Assembly: GCA_051531975.1 (NCBI GenBank)
Contig: JAOPTT010000003.1
Location: 96,001-160,000, forward strand
DNA from: Spirochaetaceae bacterium
Lineage (GTDB): Bacteria; Spirochaetota; Spirochaetia; DSM-2461
Length of the DNA stretch: 64,000 nucleotides
Direction: 5' to 3'
In this document: in pieces, positions 62,441-64,000 of the stretch
How the letters are laid out: each line of letters begins with the position of its first letter
Numbering within the stretch: the first letter of the stretch is position 1
Notes under the pieces: generated by a model
The model's input: only the letters and a program-made list of their open reading frames with translations
The model's database searches: none
What the model was told of the DNA's origin: nothing
Position numbers and translations under genes: made by a program

Positions 62441-63133
62441 TCAATATGATCGTGATAGTGAAGCTGTTAGCCCTATCGACCAGATTAAGATTGCACTAAT
62501 ATTTATTAAACGCAAATAAACTCCAACGGATTCAAGAAATGGAAAAAATATAGCAAGCCATATTATACCCGATAATCCACCTACGATTCCAATACCATTT
62601 ATCCATTTAGATCCAATAGAAAATCGAAATGCATTTATAGCGAATAACAAAGTCCCTAGGCCAAAAACCAGAAAGCTGCCTATAAACCAGTTTACTTCAA
62701 CCGCTTCACCCATTATTAATACAGCTGTGCGCATCTGTTGTAGAATCTCAGTATTTACTTCTATTCCTAAAGGAGCAATAAGATATACAATTGTTAATGG
62801 CTTTGCAAATCCGATAACAGCAAGTACAACTCCAATTATAGATACTACTAATATTAGTAATGCAATAGAAGTTTTCTTCTTCAATGATGAATAAAACACT
62901 AAAATATAAGGTACTGTAAATAATGTTCCAAAAACTCCTCCCCATCCGTACATCAGAAATGCTGTTCTGGAATCCTCGATTGCCTTAAAAAATAATCTGG
63001 GATTTTCAATACTTCGTAAGCCCGGATTACCTGTGCTACCAAGAATAAATAGTATCCAACAAACCGCTGACAATATTGCCGAATACAGACCAATTTTGTA
63101 TAAATTTTTGTTTGATGTTCTTTCAATCTGCAT
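62441..63133 (-). CDS. Hypothetical membrane protein (DUF4386-like, about 6 TM)
   Basis: Six hydrophobic helices; AAGGA SD. Confidence 0.6.
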   Translation of the reverse strand: MQIERTSNKNLYKIGLYSAILSAVCWILFILGSTGNPGLRSIENPRLFFKAIEDSRTAFLMYGWGGVFGTLFTVPYILVFYSSLKKKTSIALLILVVSIIGVVLAVIGFAKPLTIVYLIAPLGIEVNTEILQQMRTAVLIMGEAVEVNWFIGSFLVFGLGTLLFAINAFRFSIGSKWINGIGIVGGLSGIIWLAIFFPFLESVGVYLRLINISAILIWSIGLTASLSRSY

Positions 63134-63242
63134 AATTAATTCCTTATTTTGAGTACTGATTTAAACAATCATAGGGTAATAATAATTCGTAAAAAAGCTT
63201 AAAACAAGTAATTTATGAGAATGCTATATTTAAGGAAGTTAT

Positions 63243-63299
63243 ATGGCTGTTAATTTTAGAAACATTGATAAAACAAATTATGAAGATTGTTTAATATGA
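63243..63299 (+). pseudogene. Possible N-terminal remnant of a GNAT acetyltransferase
   Basis: AAGGA SD then MAVNFRNIDKTNYEDCLI*, resembling spermidine-acetyltransferase-type N-termini. Confidence 0.35.
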
Positions 63300-63365
63300 G
63301 GTTACAACCATATTTTTACACAAATAACATTTGATAAGTTCCTTATGAAGTTCTACTATTAGTTT

Positions 63366-64000
63366 ATGAGTATCAGATCCAGAATTATATTATACATATC
63401 TATATTATTTTTTGTTGCAATTGGTAATGTGCTATTCACATTCAACTTGGAAAATAAAAGTGAAGAAAAATTATACTGGGTTGTTCATACCCATGAAGTT
63501 ATTCATTTGACCGACTTATTCTTAAGTGCATTACAAGATGCCGAAACCGGCCAAAGAGGTTATCTATTAACTAACAACTCTACTTACTTAGAACCTTATT
63601 ATGTTGGATTAAAAGATTCTAAAGATATTCTATCTGAACTTAAGGTTATTGTTAGTGATAATATTAAACAAATTAAGGTCTTAGAAAAAATAGAAAATGA
63701 TATGTCATTAAAATTTGAAGAGCTAAATTTTACAATTAAACTAGTAGATACTGATAAACTTGAACAATCACTTCAAATTGTAAGAGATAATAAGGGTAAA
63801 GAGTATATGGATAGAATAAGGGCTAATATAAAGGACTTTATCTATACAGAGAAACTTTTATTAGAACAAAGAAAGATAGAATATGAGAAAAATAAAATAC
63901 AATTAAATACCCTATTTATTACAGAACTAGTCATATTTATTTTTTTAGGAATCCTAACAATAACATTTATAAACAGAACACTTTTTAATCCTTTAAAATT
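63366..64000 (+). CDS. CHASE3-domain membrane sensor (partial, runs off the window; not in the ORF track)
   Basis: ATG 63366, TM helix, WVVHTHEVI...LQDAETGQRGYLLT...YLEPY...GKEYMDRIR, second TM. Confidence 0.88.
   Translation, partial: MSIRSRIILYISILFFVAIGNVLFTFNLENKSEEKLYWVVHTHEVIHLTDLFLSALQDAETGQRGYLLTNNSTYLEPYYVGLKDSKDILSELKVIVSDNIKQIKVLEKIENDMSLKFEELNFTIKLVDTDKLEQSLQIVRDNKGKEYMDRIRANIKDFIYTEKLLLEQRKIEYEKNKIQLNTLFITELVIFIFLGILTITFINRTLFNPLK

Noticed and set aside
608..62945. Many 60-140 aa ORFs in the track lying antisense to, or out of frame within, long genes (e.g. 608-883, 5745-6065, 8229-8630, 22733-23161, 34131-34553, 50894-51286)
   Set aside because: They overlap well-supported genes and show no recognisable motifs; treated as shadow ORFs
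1..64000. CRISPR array, rRNA/tRNA genes, intact transposase or integrase
   Set aside because: No regularly spaced repeats, cloverleafs or recombinase/transposase motifs were seen by eye

Overview
AT-rich bacterial chromosome segment, most likely from a free-living spirochaete. Evidence: a PlzA-like PilZ protein and sugar-binding proteins with 'ANGQKE/AEGNKE' N-termini. Most of the window is carbohydrate uptake/catabolism and signalling: a NarL-type two-component system with a sugar ABC transporter and chemoreceptor, a MacAB-TolC-type exporter, a LacI-sensor/PAS/GGDEF/EAL protein, a pectin/galacturonate locus (ABC transporter, GH28, GH105, uxaBAC), and a multi-PAS hybrid kinase. Two regions stand out. 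(1) At 54.3-56.4 kb, a divergent MetRS-like class I aminoacyl-tRNA synthetase with a remodelled amino-acid pocket lies under a classical ribosome-dependent attenuator whose 23-aa leader peptide has 9 Gln codons and no internal Met. This suggests (inference) a glutamine-related, possibly GlnRS-like, function for a MetRS paralogue. (2) At 10.2-16.5 kb, an island is bounded by a duplicated 5' end of an aldose 1-epimerase gene. It carries a decayed Rhs/JAB-type toxin, orphan immunity-like genes, a candidate structured ncRNA and a HigBA-type TA pair, and a 4.8-kb core flanked by inverted serine-recombinase-like sites. No rRNA, tRNA, CRISPR array or intact transposase/integrase was seen. All family calls come from motif recognition by eye, not from database searches.
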